Shown here one piece after another: positions 39,893-52,700 of a stretch of DNA of 64,000 nt; the stretch's first letter is position 1; the number at the start of each line of letters is the position of its first letter. The translations under genes and the position numbers were made by a program. The notes beneath the pieces are model-generated. The model did not search any database. It worked only from the letters and a program-made list of their open reading frames with translations, and was not told where the DNA came from. The DNA is from Ascidiella aspersa (taxonomy: Eukaryota), in assembly GCA_963924565.1 (NCBI GenBank), contig OZ004611.1:22568001-22632000 (forward strand), read 5' to 3'.

Positions 39893-40088
39893 TATTGCGT
39901 TTACCTGCACAAGGCAATAACGCCCTGTCAGCAGAAACGTGTATCGCGTTTACCTGCACAAGGCAATAACGCCCTGTCAGCAGAAACGTGTATCGCGTTT
40001 ACCTGCACAAGGCAATAACGCCCTGTCAGCAGAAACGTGTATCGCGTTTACCTGCACAAGGCAATAACGCCCTGTCAGCAGAAACGTG
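39893..40088. repeat. 49-bp minisatellite, 4 copies
   Basis: Unit TATCGCGTTTACCTGCACAAGGCAATAACGCCCTGTCAGCAGAAACGTG; 2 copies at ~37367-37464 and 1 at ~40623-40670. Confidence 0.9.
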
Positions 40089-41149
40089 TTTATGCTTTAA
40101 ATGTCTTAGGGCCTGGAAACCGCTATATACGTTGAGACTTGGTCGTGTGCAAAGCGAACCACTTGCGTGATATTATTTGTCACGTTTAAAACGAGTTGAG
40201 TATTCTGGTTTCTGGTGGCCTGCTTGTTGTTTTATTTTACTTCAGCCCAGTGGTTGTCAAAACTTTTTTAGCTTGCATCACACTAAAAAAAGCTTATTAT
40301 TCGCGGTGCACTTTCAACAAAACTACAATATGGTAACTTTACAATCGCTCTTAACACACGACAAGCTATATGTAATTTCCTAATATCATTAATTTGTAAT
40401 GGATGATGCGCATAGGGCTGAAATGCTTGCGTGTATGCCTATTGGTAATACAAACTTAGTTTTCAAAATTAGAAAAGTATCGCGGCACAATTGACAATCT
40501 TTCGAGGCATATCAGAGTGCCGCGGCACACAGGAATCACTGCTTTAGCTCATGTTAAGGGCAAAACCAGTGGACTAGGGAGATTTATCCGAGAATCGTCG
40601 TAAACGGAATGTAATTTTTGTATATTGCGTTTACCTGCAAAGGCAATAACGCCCTGTCAGCAGAAACGTGTTTATGCTTGAAATGACCTAGAGAGCCTGG
40701 AAACCGCTATATACGTTGAGATTTGGTCGTGTGCAAAGCGAAGAATTGTGCCAGAGCGACCGTTCTTCCTGATTTAATCCGGTCATGCAAAATGCCCTGG
40801 GATGGGTTGAGCCCGCTTTTTTGGGCCGCATGGCCTGTGACTTCATGCAGCCGCAATTGTTGTGCCGCAGAGTAAATTTCCTTCCTTTAAATGTCTTCTA
40901 CTTTATCTTTTCGTTCCTATTTACTATAATACATTACCATATTTGTAAACAATGCAATTAACTACTCGATCTCTGTTTAGTTTGACAAAAATAGACTACT
41001 TATCTTAATTTCTTACTGGCGAAGTGCAACAACAAAACTTAAAATACAACGATTAAACGTTTTATTGTTCTTCGATATTACCTTCTCTGTTCTCCCTAAA
41101 GGTTTTGCAAAATCGCGCGATCCAACTCATTAGCAGCTCCCCTCCATGA

Positions 41150-42165
41150 ACAAGGTTATTACTTCTGTATTATGAACATAAAATTATGAAAATTACTGAT
41201 ATAATAACGTTAGAAATTTTAAAATTTGTACACAAATTTCAAATTAACAACTTACCAGATGCTTTCAAAACTTCATGGCTCCAATACACAATATACATTC
41301 GCATTATACAAGGCTGCGGAATGAGCAAAACTTTTTTAGAGTTGTACCCTATTCAAATTCCGGTGAATTGTTACTTTCATTTGTAGAAGCGAAATATTGG
41401 GAAAATTTAAACCTATAAAAGATAAACAACTACCGTATAAAAAAATTATTAGAGTTTATAAACAAAAGTGTTTCAAAACTTACCACGTGCAAGCAATAAA
41501 CAAATAATCAAATTTAACTCCGGCCACTTTTGAGAGATAAGAAATCCTCGTTAGGCAAAACGTGGTCGACTGGTCGCAATAGCAGATAAGGAATTCGTCT
41601 GAGCTGACTGTCCCCGGGTTAATCAGTCACGCATCGTTAAATTCATAAACACCGAATATTTAAGATCGTTTTTTTTTTTTTTTTGTTTGTTTGTTTCGCA
41701 GTTCTTACGTGTAGTAACGTGTACTGTGTATTTATCTTTTGTTTTCATTTTGTATGTAGTAAGTTATTGTGTATTTACGTCTTGTCGTTCTTCCTATGTT
41801 GTTTATATAAGGTTCATTCATTATAACAACTTAATGCGAATAGAACCAATACCAGAGGGCAGCTAACTCGATGTAGCCTACCTAACGGTCTTTCGATGCC
41901 CCCTGGAAACTCAGAACCGTGATTTTCGTAGCAATGTGTTGTATTCAGGTTTTTTTAAGGTTTGGTTTGGGTGACCGCTAAGTAGTTTTAAGAGACCGCA
42001 AGTGTTTCATTTAAATACCAAAAAATAGCCATATTAGTTTCAAGTCCAAATTCCTTTCGATGCCGCCTGGAAACTCAGAACCGTGATTTTCGTAGCAGTG
42101 TGTTGTATTATTGTTCAATTTTGCGTTCGATATTTCCAATAAAGACATCTAGAAATCTATCTATC
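41150..42165 (+). mobile_element. 3' fragment of a CR1/L2-like LINE
   Basis: Frameshifted C-terminal ORF2-like text ([35 protein letters not shown]), later AATAAA and a short (CTAT)n-type tail at ~42138-42165; internal ~55-bp direct repeat 41890/42054. Confidence 0.55.
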
Positions 42166-43752
42166 CTTGCTTCCCCTCAACTCGACCTTCTGTGGTGAAA
42201 TAAACTATTCAAGCTAACTGTATACCCTGTAGTCGGCAATAAACGTTATGATTTGACCTACACAATCAGCTGGGCATTGTATACAATACTGCAAAAATAG
42301 TTACAAGAATGATTAGTCTAGCTTAGTTCAAACCAATATAGCCAATGGTAAAGCAAAACATATAGTCAGGGGCGGATTGAACAGGGCCACCTGACCATGC
42401 CACTCAAACTTTTTTTTTCGGTTGAAATCCTTTTAGCCCCACTGTTAACAAGATGCAAAAAAAGTAAACAGTTTACATCAACCCCTAAGGTCCAATTCCA
42501 GATCAAATAATTTAGTCAAGCTAAATTACTTGATAGATTCAACTCAAGTATTTTTACTCGAAAACCTACAACCTAAATTTATTTGAAAACAATTACTTCA
42601 CTGAAGTCCAGTGGCCTTCTATCATTATAACCCTTATATTAATTTATGCCACCAATGGGCGTGATATAAACCAGTATATTTGTTACACAAAGCTAATAAC
42701 AAAGTATATAATACATTGATTATTAGTTTTGCCAAATGCAGCTGGTTGTTTCTTTGTTTACGTCCGATATTTATTCAATGTAAGTTTGCATAGGGTATAT
42801 CCTCGAAACAGATGTTTTTATTTGATGCCTAATTTTTCATTCTATTTTTTTTAACTGTCTTTCTTTGATGGTATGTTGTGCCTTGTAAGAACGCAAAGCC
42901 GTAATTTATTGTTTTACGAAACACAGGCTTCAGATATATTTAGGGTAAACCCATTTGGTAACCTAATACACTTGCGTCTAATTGCCAACCATTGCATTTT
43001 TAGTAAAATCTGCCACTTAGAAGCCTTTTATCGATTCGGTCAACTGTAAAATCAATAACAATCAAAATGACGATGGCCGCAATTATTTTATTTGTGGGAA
43101 TTTTGATAATCTCCAACACCAAACGTAAAAGCCGGATTTTCACACCGAAGAAAGTACGTTTAAAACGGAAGGTGGACCAACAGAAGTGCGGAGAAGACAC
43201 GGCAGATTTACTGAAACAAGCGATATAGTTCACTGTACAAATCTATCAGCAACAAATGGTTATAAAACAAGAAGTTCTTTAGGCCTATAGATGTTATTTC
43301 ATTTGTTCAGCAATTAATTCGACAGGCACTGCATTTTCACGTGACAACAATAGGAGACATGCTTATTTTAGCGGAATATCATTGTCTCGCTTCAAGTAAG
43401 TGCTGTGTATGCTGCAATTAAGTAAGTGGTAATGGCATAAAACAGTAAAAGCGATAATACTCTTTTGGCAATCTTAAACGTGCAATCCTTTGTTAGCATA
43501 CCGAGATACGCTAAATGTACAACAGAAAAGCAGATATCGTAAAACTGAAAATTAACCGGCAAAAAATAACAATACATCAACACCGCACCAAGCTTTTTGG
43601 CCCTTTCATGACTAAAAAGAAAACACATGTCTACATAAGCAAAACTGGGTAAACTGTAATAGTGAAAAAAAAACTCTGTGCATTTTAACAAAGTGAGTAT
43701 TGGCTAGGTGACTAAAAGGTCGTTCAGGGTGACATTTACTGCGATCGAACGC

Positions 43753-46700
43753 TTAGACGGTTGGTTCGGTGTATGGTACAACCGACACTTGGTAGTCTGG
43801 GAATCGGTTCATCGACATGTCGATGACAAACTCTGCCTGGCCATTGCTGGACTGACGTTCAATGTCGTTTTGCGTAATGGTGTACTGGCTGCTGGACACC
43901 TTGGAAACGGAGCCGAACCAGACCTGCGAAAAGAGAAAAGGGTTTTATACCACGCTGCTTTCGTCGGACTACGTGAGTTATTGCTAATGCCAGATCGATT
44001 TGGCATAAATTAGATGGGCATTAAAATCGATTTTTCGACTCTTTTCTTGGTAAAGTTATTGTTTCGGGTTTTAGACGTTCCTTTGACAGGGGGTGCGATC
44101 ACAACTGAAGGCGAGTTGCTGTTAAAGAGCTATTTGGAGGAAAGCGTAAACAAAATACTCACATTGATGTTCTTGATTGCTTGTGGGAAGGTTACAGTGA
44201 CGGCATTGACACCAGTCGGGAAGTACAACTTTCCTTGTGCGCCGTTGGGCCAGGTTCGACTGAACACTACGAAGCCTTCAGAGCGAGCTGCAAGTAACAA
44301 GAAATGGTTTTAATTTTCTGCAAATCTTAAACTTGCAATTGAAAATTAGAAAAGCCCGACAAAGTGTTTGCCAACAATATATAGGTACGACCAGAGTGAT
44401 ATCGGTACAGACCCGATGAACCCGCATACATTTTTCTACAGTGATGAAACGCTTAGCCCAAGACCCAAAAGAGTTTTTAGCCCCAAATCGACGTTTTACT
44501 TTTTCAGCGGTTGTTTTTATCACTTCCCACCCTCACCAGAGCCGTTTAACAAATTTACAAAACAATCAAGTAATAAGGTCAATTAAAAGATGGGAGCATA
44601 ATGGTTGGAGGTTGGAATAAGACGTAATACGAATATCAAAGCCCACACATAAGTATATAAGTATCATTTTGAGGGTTTTGAATAACTCTTTATTCATTTT
44701 CATTTTTTTGCATTCAATTAAAAGACGAATTTGAACTCACGAATTTCGCAGATGGCCATCCTGCTGCTTGCGCACGAGCTGGTGTAGAGCATGTAGTCAA
44801 GGTAGCCGCAGTCTCCTGCTCCTGGCTGATCATCTGCCCAGCCGGCGGTGTAGGTGAAAGCGGAACCGTCGGAGTTGACGAAAACACCCTCCTCGGCGCG
44901 ATCGGTCAGACCTGGGGTGTGAAAAAGAGAAACGTGTCAGACCCAGTGATATTTTTTTCAATTATTGACGGATTACTTATAGTTAACTGTTGGACAAACT
45001 TTGCAAAATAGTTCTCGTTTTTTTTTGTCCGTTGATACCCGTTTTGGCGTTTTGTGGTTCGCTTTATTTGACCTTTTTTGCGACTGTTTTTGCATTTTTA
45101 TGACCACGAACGGCTATTCAGTTGTTACGTTCATAGGAAAGCGAACGCACATCCAAATACCTTAAACTCTAGTCGCCTTTACTTCAAAAATGCTTAACCA
45201 GCGAAGCTAATATGCCCGTCTTGGCGGCCATTACAAACTCGAAAACGCGAAACGCAGCCGAAGCGTGTTATCTCTCATTCTTACCGATCCATTTGTCGCC
45301 TCCGTAGTTGCGCGAGACGATCTTCCTGACTCCATCGTCTTGGACAATAACGAGACGGCCTCCGTTGACGCCACAAGCTCCTTCAGCCTCGTCGTAAGAG
45401 CTCGATTCGTTGGTGGCGCGCATGCAGCTGTGTCCGTACGCCATGTATCCGGCCATGCAGTCGGCAACTGAATAGAAAATAGCGGGATATGGTTAAGAGT
45501 TTAATGGCTACCTTTACTTTTGGTGCATCACTCGAACGCTTCGTTTTTAAGTCTTTTTTAGTTTCATCCCTTTTTTTAGTTTTTGTGCAGCTTTCGCCAT
45601 TTAGACAAATGTTAATAATTTTATTGCTTTCATAACCTTGGTGCGGCAAACTTTAAGTTGAATTAATTGATGTGGCTGCACTGAACTTTAGTAATAGGTT
45701 AACTGTTATCGCTGGTCAGTAAGACTAGACTCGGTTTAGATCGAATATGCATGCCTTATGTGTGTGATGACTGAGTCCAGCTTAGCAACCTGTGATTTGT
45801 TAAGGTAAAATCGAGAATGAATTGATACCAGGGAAAACCGTATAGGCAAGACTTCCAAAAATGGGAGGTACTTATCACTAACGCGTGTTTTGGCAGTTTG
45901 AATCTTACCGGCGGCTCTTGGCAGACAGGTGACGCTATCGACATCCATGTAGTGGTCTTCTGGGCATTCACAGAAGAAAGAGGACTCGATGTTCACGCAG
46001 CTGTGCGAGCATGGGCTGTTGTCACACTCGTTGGTGTCTGTTGCAAGGAAATAAATGACAATTTAAAACGGGTGTCGCGACTTTTGCTTGATTTGCTCGC
46101 GAACAAACGCCGTTTCTATGAGTCTATTTTCCTTTCAAGGAGTCTCGATGGAATTAAGAAGAAGGTAAGGAATTAAGAGGCAAGGCGGAAAACGTGTAGT
46201 TCATAAAGATTGCTTCTTACAGATTCGTGAAGATACTTTCATAAAGATTCTATAGCGTTTTACGAACGTTTGAGATATATTCTGTTGGGCAGTAAAATGT
46301 GATCCAAAACTGTTCAAATGCCATGCCAACCTAACAGTAAGCATACAACTAAATGAAGGATCCTTATATTTTATCGACGGCCACATGAATTTTTTAAACC
46401 CGGTTTTAGCTAGCGTAGGCTTACCGAAGCAGGTCATGTTGTCGGGTCCGAGAGTGTATCCGATTGAGCATTCGCAAATGAAGCCTTCCAAGGTGTCCAA
46501 GCAGATGTCGCTGCAGCCACCGTTGTTCATGGCACACTCGTCGACGGCTGCCTTGGTCACGTTGTTACCTGTGGAAGCAACAAAGGTCAAAACCGGCGAC
46601 AGGCAGGGTTAAATTAGTTCTACGAGTTTTTATCAAGCTCTGACATGCATATATACGGCCAACTGCAAGAGTGTGAAAACTGAGTCTTTGTATTCACTTA

Positions 46701-49700
46701 AGAACTGCTAATATGTAATCACTAAAAAGCCATGCACGCTTGTGCGCGACACAACTAATTTTATACCGCGGCTAACAGCTTTCGAAATATGTGTGAACGA
46801 TTAATCTGCCCGGGTTTCCAACGCTACATAACTGTCAGGCGAAAAACAAAAGCAAATAGAGCAAACGACTGGTGCCGTTTGCCTGAGACGAAAGACAAAA
46901 ATACGGATCCTTACGTGCAACGCAGTCCCTGGCGTTGACATCGAGCTGCATATCGTCTGGGCACTTGCAGTAGAAAGATCCCCGGGTGTTAACGCACTCG
47001 TGAGAGCATCCACCGTTGGCGACTGAGCACTCGTCTTGATCTGCGGGAGAAAAGCGGAAGAGGGTTAAAGTCAGTCGCGTGGAAAAGAGGGTGGAGCGAA
47101 AAGTGAAATTTTAGGTGAGAGGTGTGCGCCAGTTTCATTATATTTTAAATTGCGTTTACTCGACGCCTTGTGAGCAAGCGTGGTACAAACGTGTTAGATT
47201 TAGAAGCGCAACTATATAGTTTAATACAATCGATAGTGCACGCTTGTATAAACAATGGCAACGGCCACTGTGCTTACAATAGTCACAAAAAACACATTGC
47301 AAGGCTATGTGATTGGTGTGAAGGTCAGGGGTAATCAGCTACAAAAGAAATAGAGTGACTTCAGTTTAAAAATACGACGTGCGTGGGCTATGCGATGTGA
47401 AAAACACAGTACAAGGCTGTGTGATTGGGAAAAAAGGTAATCAGCTCCTAAGGAAAAACAGTTTATCGGTCCTTTTGGTGTACTCGTATAACTGGTAGAA
47501 GATTTCTCACCGTGGCACACAGCCTCCTGGATTTGGTTAAGCACGAGACCGCTGAGAGCGTCGAAGTTCTCGGCAATGAAGCGTCGGTTGTCGTTTCCGG
47601 CCAACTGATCCAAATCTACCTCGTTCAGTTTATCGCCAATACCGACAGCGAAAGTGACGGCGCCCATGGCACGAAGCTGTTCGCTGGCTGCCAGCACATC
47701 ATCCTGAGATGGAAAGCAGTAGGTTAAATACAAGCCTATTGTCAAGGAGTATGTTAGTTAGTAAGTAAAAAAGAGCTCTCGCGCCGACAACAGGGTAGAA
47801 CGTGACTCTTGATTCAAACTGGGAAAACAGTTACTGTTCGATACACTTATAATAATCAGTGCCTTTTCTCTAAAAAGGTCGAGTAGATCGTGTTCAATGA
47901 TTACCTGAAGACGATACAAGTTCGTATCGAAAGGTATTAACTGTAAATGAAGATCAACATGACTTCGATCTACTCGACGATTTTAGCTTTGCAATTCATT
48001 ATGAAGCTACCACTACGTATCCCTGCATAGTGTACCCAAGTTACTATTATTCACTGGCAAAAAAGCAGCGACCTTTGTTTTACCGCAACAAACCGGCATC
48101 GCCAATTTCTCAACCTGCCGGATGATTTATAGAGTAAATATTTTCGATATTTCGGCAATAAAAATTGGATTCGATCGTTAAGCGAAACTGGTGTAGCTGG
48201 TATAAACTGGTACAACCCATCAGAAGTTATTTGCGATTTAACCCTTCCGAAGTTTTTTTGAGAACTTCACCTTCTGAAATTTTTCTGGTCTAACTCTTTT
48301 AAATTTTTTTGTGATCTAAACCTTCCGAAGTTGAGGACTTTTAGAAACAGCTGTTTCTTGTTTCGGTGACGCACCTGGGATTTGCCGTCGGTGATGGTAA
48401 TAACGATCTTGGTGACACCGTCACGGGCTCCGTTGGCAGGCTTGAAGATGTTGTCGGCGACGTACTGGACGGCCTTGCCGGTTCGGGTTCCGCTGCCCAT
48501 GTAGGGCATCATGTCGACGGCGTCGATGACGTCAGAGCGGCTGTTGACCGAAGCGAAGTTGAAGCGAACATCGACGTCTCTGTTGTATCTGCGCTCGGCA
48601 GGGACAAGAAAAGTTTTTAATTTGTGAGGAAATTTGTGTATATTGCGGCTATCTTTTCAAGGTTCTACTGCACGTCTTTAAAACCGATCGTCAAATTCTT
48701 ACGAAACGATTTTTAAATTATTTGTATTGTATAATTTAGAAATCTTTCGTTTCAGAATGAAGCCCGGGTCGTCTATTGAAGTCGCACAACTCAAAGGCAT
48801 CTCCCGAACTGTTTCTATACCACGCTTCGCGTTCCTTTTAAAAAGCGTACCACACGTATTTTAATTTAATAATGGAATTGCAAAGCCAAAAAGGTCGAGT
48901 AGATCGACATCATCTTGATCTTCATTTACAGTTAATGTGAAACAAGCTCGTATCGAAACATAATCAATATGATGTCGATCTACTCGACCTTTCTGGCTTT
49001 GCAACTCATTATCAAACTACATTACATATCAGTGCATAGTGAACCTGGTGCATTTTACATAACCAACATAATAATGCGCGGATTTTCCAAGTTGCAGCAA
49101 CGGGATTCGTTTGAGCCGTCTTAAAACAACAACGTACCTGATGAGGGCGCTGTGTACTTTGTCCTGTCCGATGATGAAGGAGTTGAAGAGAGCGGATGTG
49201 AAGGACTTCATCTTCTGGAAGTTGTCGTACTTCACCGAGCTGGAGGAGTCGACGATCACGGCGAGATCGGCCTGCGAAGTCGGGTTGTTTAGAAAACACG
49301 AAAAACTTAGATATCGAGTGGAGGAAACAGTGCGTATACCATTTATAAATCACCACGATAGAGTATAACATTGTTATAGTAATTCACGGGCCGAAAAAAA
49401 GATAGAAGGTTTTAATAACAGTGACTGCGAATCTTCGAAGAAGACAAAGGGCCTTACAAGTTACAGTTATTCGTAGAACAGAACGTCTTTTTGAAAAGCT
49501 ATAGTTAATGGGCGATGGAAGCAGAAGGTTGTTGTACAAGCTACACAAGGTACATATATTCGATGAAGAAGAGAGAATGCCTAAGTGAACTACAGCAAGT
49601 CCGCGTTTACAAGTTATACAGTATGTTGGAATACAAATTTTAAAGCTGACTTCTCAAAATTTAAAGCTGAAGTTTTAGGCGAGTTTCAGGGTTGGGCATG

Positions 49701-52700
49701 TAACTTGCTTCCTTGGTGGCTGTATTGTTTATGATTGGCCAACTAAATCGCTCTATTTTGGACCAACGTTTCCGGTTGGGATGGTATAGTTATACAGAAT
49801 AAATGTATTTAAGGTGTGTCCTAATGCTGTGTTACCGACCCGTACAGCAGTTTAGCCCGGTGGGAAATTACAGCAAACTTACAGACTTAAGATGGCAAAT
49901 CTGAGCGGCGGCGCACGGCTTCTCGTTGGCATTGCAGGCGTGTCCTGTGCAGCAGCATCGGCACACGTCGTTCTCGCTTTCGCCATTGCACTGTGTCGGC
50001 ATCCAGGCTGTGCGTGGGTTCTGTAGGCGAAAATAGAAGGGATAAACAACGTTATAGTTTTGCTACTTTTTCCGTTGTTTGTATAGACAAACTTTTAACC
50101 GAGGGGCGTGCTTGGAAATTACTTGGCTGCAAAGTTTCTTTGCGTGTGTTTTTCTTGTTTTAATCTAAACTTCGTTCAAATTGTTTTCAGCCAGTCAGAT
50201 CAGAAGATTAAATATGCACAGTTTGTCTATAGGTTAAGTGTATTTTTATTAAAAAAACATTCTTATAGCCTCTTAATGACATAGCTTACTGTACGAAATG
50301 CGTTTTCAATTTTTTTTTTCAAATCCTGCTCTACAGCGGAAACCGCAGAAGCCACAGTTTGTCGGGCGAAAAAAAACTAGATTTCAAAACTCACCTGGAT
50401 GTAGTTGTTGTTGCAGGATTTGGTCTGTTTGCAGCGCTTGAAGATCAGCTTGCGACCTTCGTTCACGCGCACTTCGTTCTCGCAAGAGTCGGCGTCGGGG
50501 GCGCACACCTCAAGTGGCTGGGCGTTGCATTCCTCGTTGGTGGCAGCTCCCTCGCAGGAGTAGCAGGCACGTCCTGGAAAGGCAAGGCGTATAATGTTAA
50601 GTTGGGCGACAACCTCGTACATTATGACGTAGACAATGGCGATTGTTTGTATGGAACGTCCGAACAATGTCACTTGCTGTTTATTGATATTTCGCCCAAA
50701 TTTCGCGGAAAGCAAGCCCGCACTGGATATATAATTCAAGCAGTCCCCATCTATATCTTTAAAAGCGCTTGTTGTTATATTTATAAGTCCTGATTGTTCT
50801 GACGCCGTGCTTTTAGCCGTCAACAATATTAGTAAAACGAAAGTGTTTCATAGTAAATCTGTGTTATTCGAGTTACATTTTAATTTTGGGCCTAAACAAA
50901 ATACGGATCCCTGCGTAAAGGGAAAAAGTTGTAGGTTTAATTATACAGATTGTCGTTTTAGGGATATAAAGTTGGCGCCCATAAAGCAAATGGTGATATT
51001 TCGACTTTCTTCGATCGATAACCCACTATTCCCCGAAAAGTACACTTACCGCAGGTCTTCTTGTCGTCACGGAGTGCTTCGCCGTCGGGGCAGAGGCACA
51101 CGTAGCTTCCTTCGGTGTTGGTGCAGTTGTTCTGGCAGCCTCCGTTGTCGACCAGGCACTCGTTGATGTCGATGCAGCTTCCGTCGTCCAATGTCTCGAA
51201 GCCTGGCGGGCATGAGCATACTGCGCTGCCGTCCTGGCCCTCAGTACAGATGTGGCTGCAGCCACCGTTGTTTCCGTAACACGGGTCGGGTCGGCAAATG
51301 AGACCGTCGGCGTTAAGCAGGAATCCAACTGGGCAGGAGCACTCGTAGCCGGGTGTCAGGTTGGTGCAGTTGTCAGAGCATCCACCGTTGGCGGTCAGGC
51401 ACTCGTTAACGTCTGGGCAAAAGAAGCGAGCTTGTTAGTTTGCATTCTGAAACGTTTTAGTCTGTTGCAGGCAGGGCCGGATCATATTTTTTAGGGGCGC
51501 CCTGCAGCACTTAAGATTTTGGTGCCCTCTACATATGTGACCATTGTTAATCGGGGGCCTGTTGTGAAAAATGGTTCTCATGCCTACAAACATTTATAGA
51601 GAGGTTTAGGATTATACTTGAGAGAAAGAGAAAGAAGCGAGATTAGATTTAAACCGGGCCACTATTGAGGTCTGAGTCCATAGGCCAACTCGAATTACTT
51701 CATTAAACAATGATCGCAGCACGTTTGAAATACGGCCATGAAAATTTCTGCGGTGCCCCCTCTTCCTCGGTGTCCTAAATATGTGCTTATTCTACTTAAT
51801 GGTTAATCCAGCCGTGGCTGAATGACCGGGTTACATGCGATGTCCTGGGCATGTTTACTAAAGGCGATTTAAAACCTTGTTTTTTCTGAGTCTAGTGTTG
51901 GCTGGCAGTTGTTTACTTACCAATGCAGGCCTTGCCATCTGGGCCAATGATCGAACCTTCGTTGTGGCATCGGCATTCGAAGGACATAAGGGTGTTGACA
52001 CAAAGCTCAGCGCATCCGCCGTTGGCGTCCATGCACTCATCTGGGTCTGCAAGTCAAGCGCAAATCGGTTCAGTCGCTGGCATTGTGAAGCAATAAACGC
52101 CGGGGTTTAAATCAAAACAATAACGTTTGTAAACGAACCGGCGCGTTTTAAAAGCGAAAAACGTTTATATTCGACAGAGTTTTGCATGAAAAGTTAGATT
52201 CATAAAACAGTCCAATTCAAAATGATTTTCCGTTGCGTTTTTTTGAAACTTACCGCAAGTCAAACCGTCCTCGAGAAGAGAGTACATTGGTGGGCAGAAG
52301 CAGACGTAGCTTCCGATGGTGTTGGTGCAGTTGTGTGTGCAACCACCCTGGTCGATGTCAGCGCATTCATCGCTAAAAGAAATACGAATCAGTTAGCAAA
52401 AGTCGGGCCGCTTTAACAAGTATGTATAACAAAGCAAGGCGAAAGAAGGCAACCTACCGTTCGCAAATCATGCCGTCGATAAGCACGTAGTCAGCTGGCT
52501 CGGACGGGCACACGCACTCGTAGGATCCTGGCAGGTTAGCACAGATTGCTGGCGCAACGCAGCCGCCGTTGTTGATCAGGCACTCATCGATATCTGTGCA
52601 AAATCAAGGAGTTGGCGTTTTGTTTCATTAACCTTGTCGTAGCGTTTAGCGCCAAGAGATATCAAGTTTTTTAAACGCTTCGAAATGTAAGACGCAACTA

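Larger units (their letters stand above)
35149..40347. repeat. Recent ~2.6-kb tandem duplication (35149-37726 / 37727-40347)
   Basis: Both units start tcgctactaaatacatgattag and end ggtaactttaca(a)atcg; near-identical throughout, which explains the duplicated spurious ORFs in the track. Confidence 0.92.
24048..45742. repeat. Older segmental tandem duplication (24048-33471 / 33471-45742) spanning B 5' part, intergenic DNA and D 3' end
   Basis: 24053-25310 aligns with 33476-34730; ~25750-27090 with ~42480-43923; 31380-33470 with 44000-45742; junction at ~33471. Confidence 0.9.

Noticed and set aside
39893-40088. 49-bp repeat array as a CRISPR-like locus
   Set aside because: Units are contiguous with no spacers, there are no cas genes, and the context is eukaryotic; it is a minisatellite.
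35302-40383. Paired ORFs in the 35-40 kb region as duplicated genes
   Set aside because: They arise from MITE and minisatellite sequence within the tandem duplication and lack domain signal or exon structure.
41514-41622. TTAA-flanked GC-rich segment as a piggyBac MITE
   Set aside because: The terminal inverted repeats are too short and imperfect to support the call.
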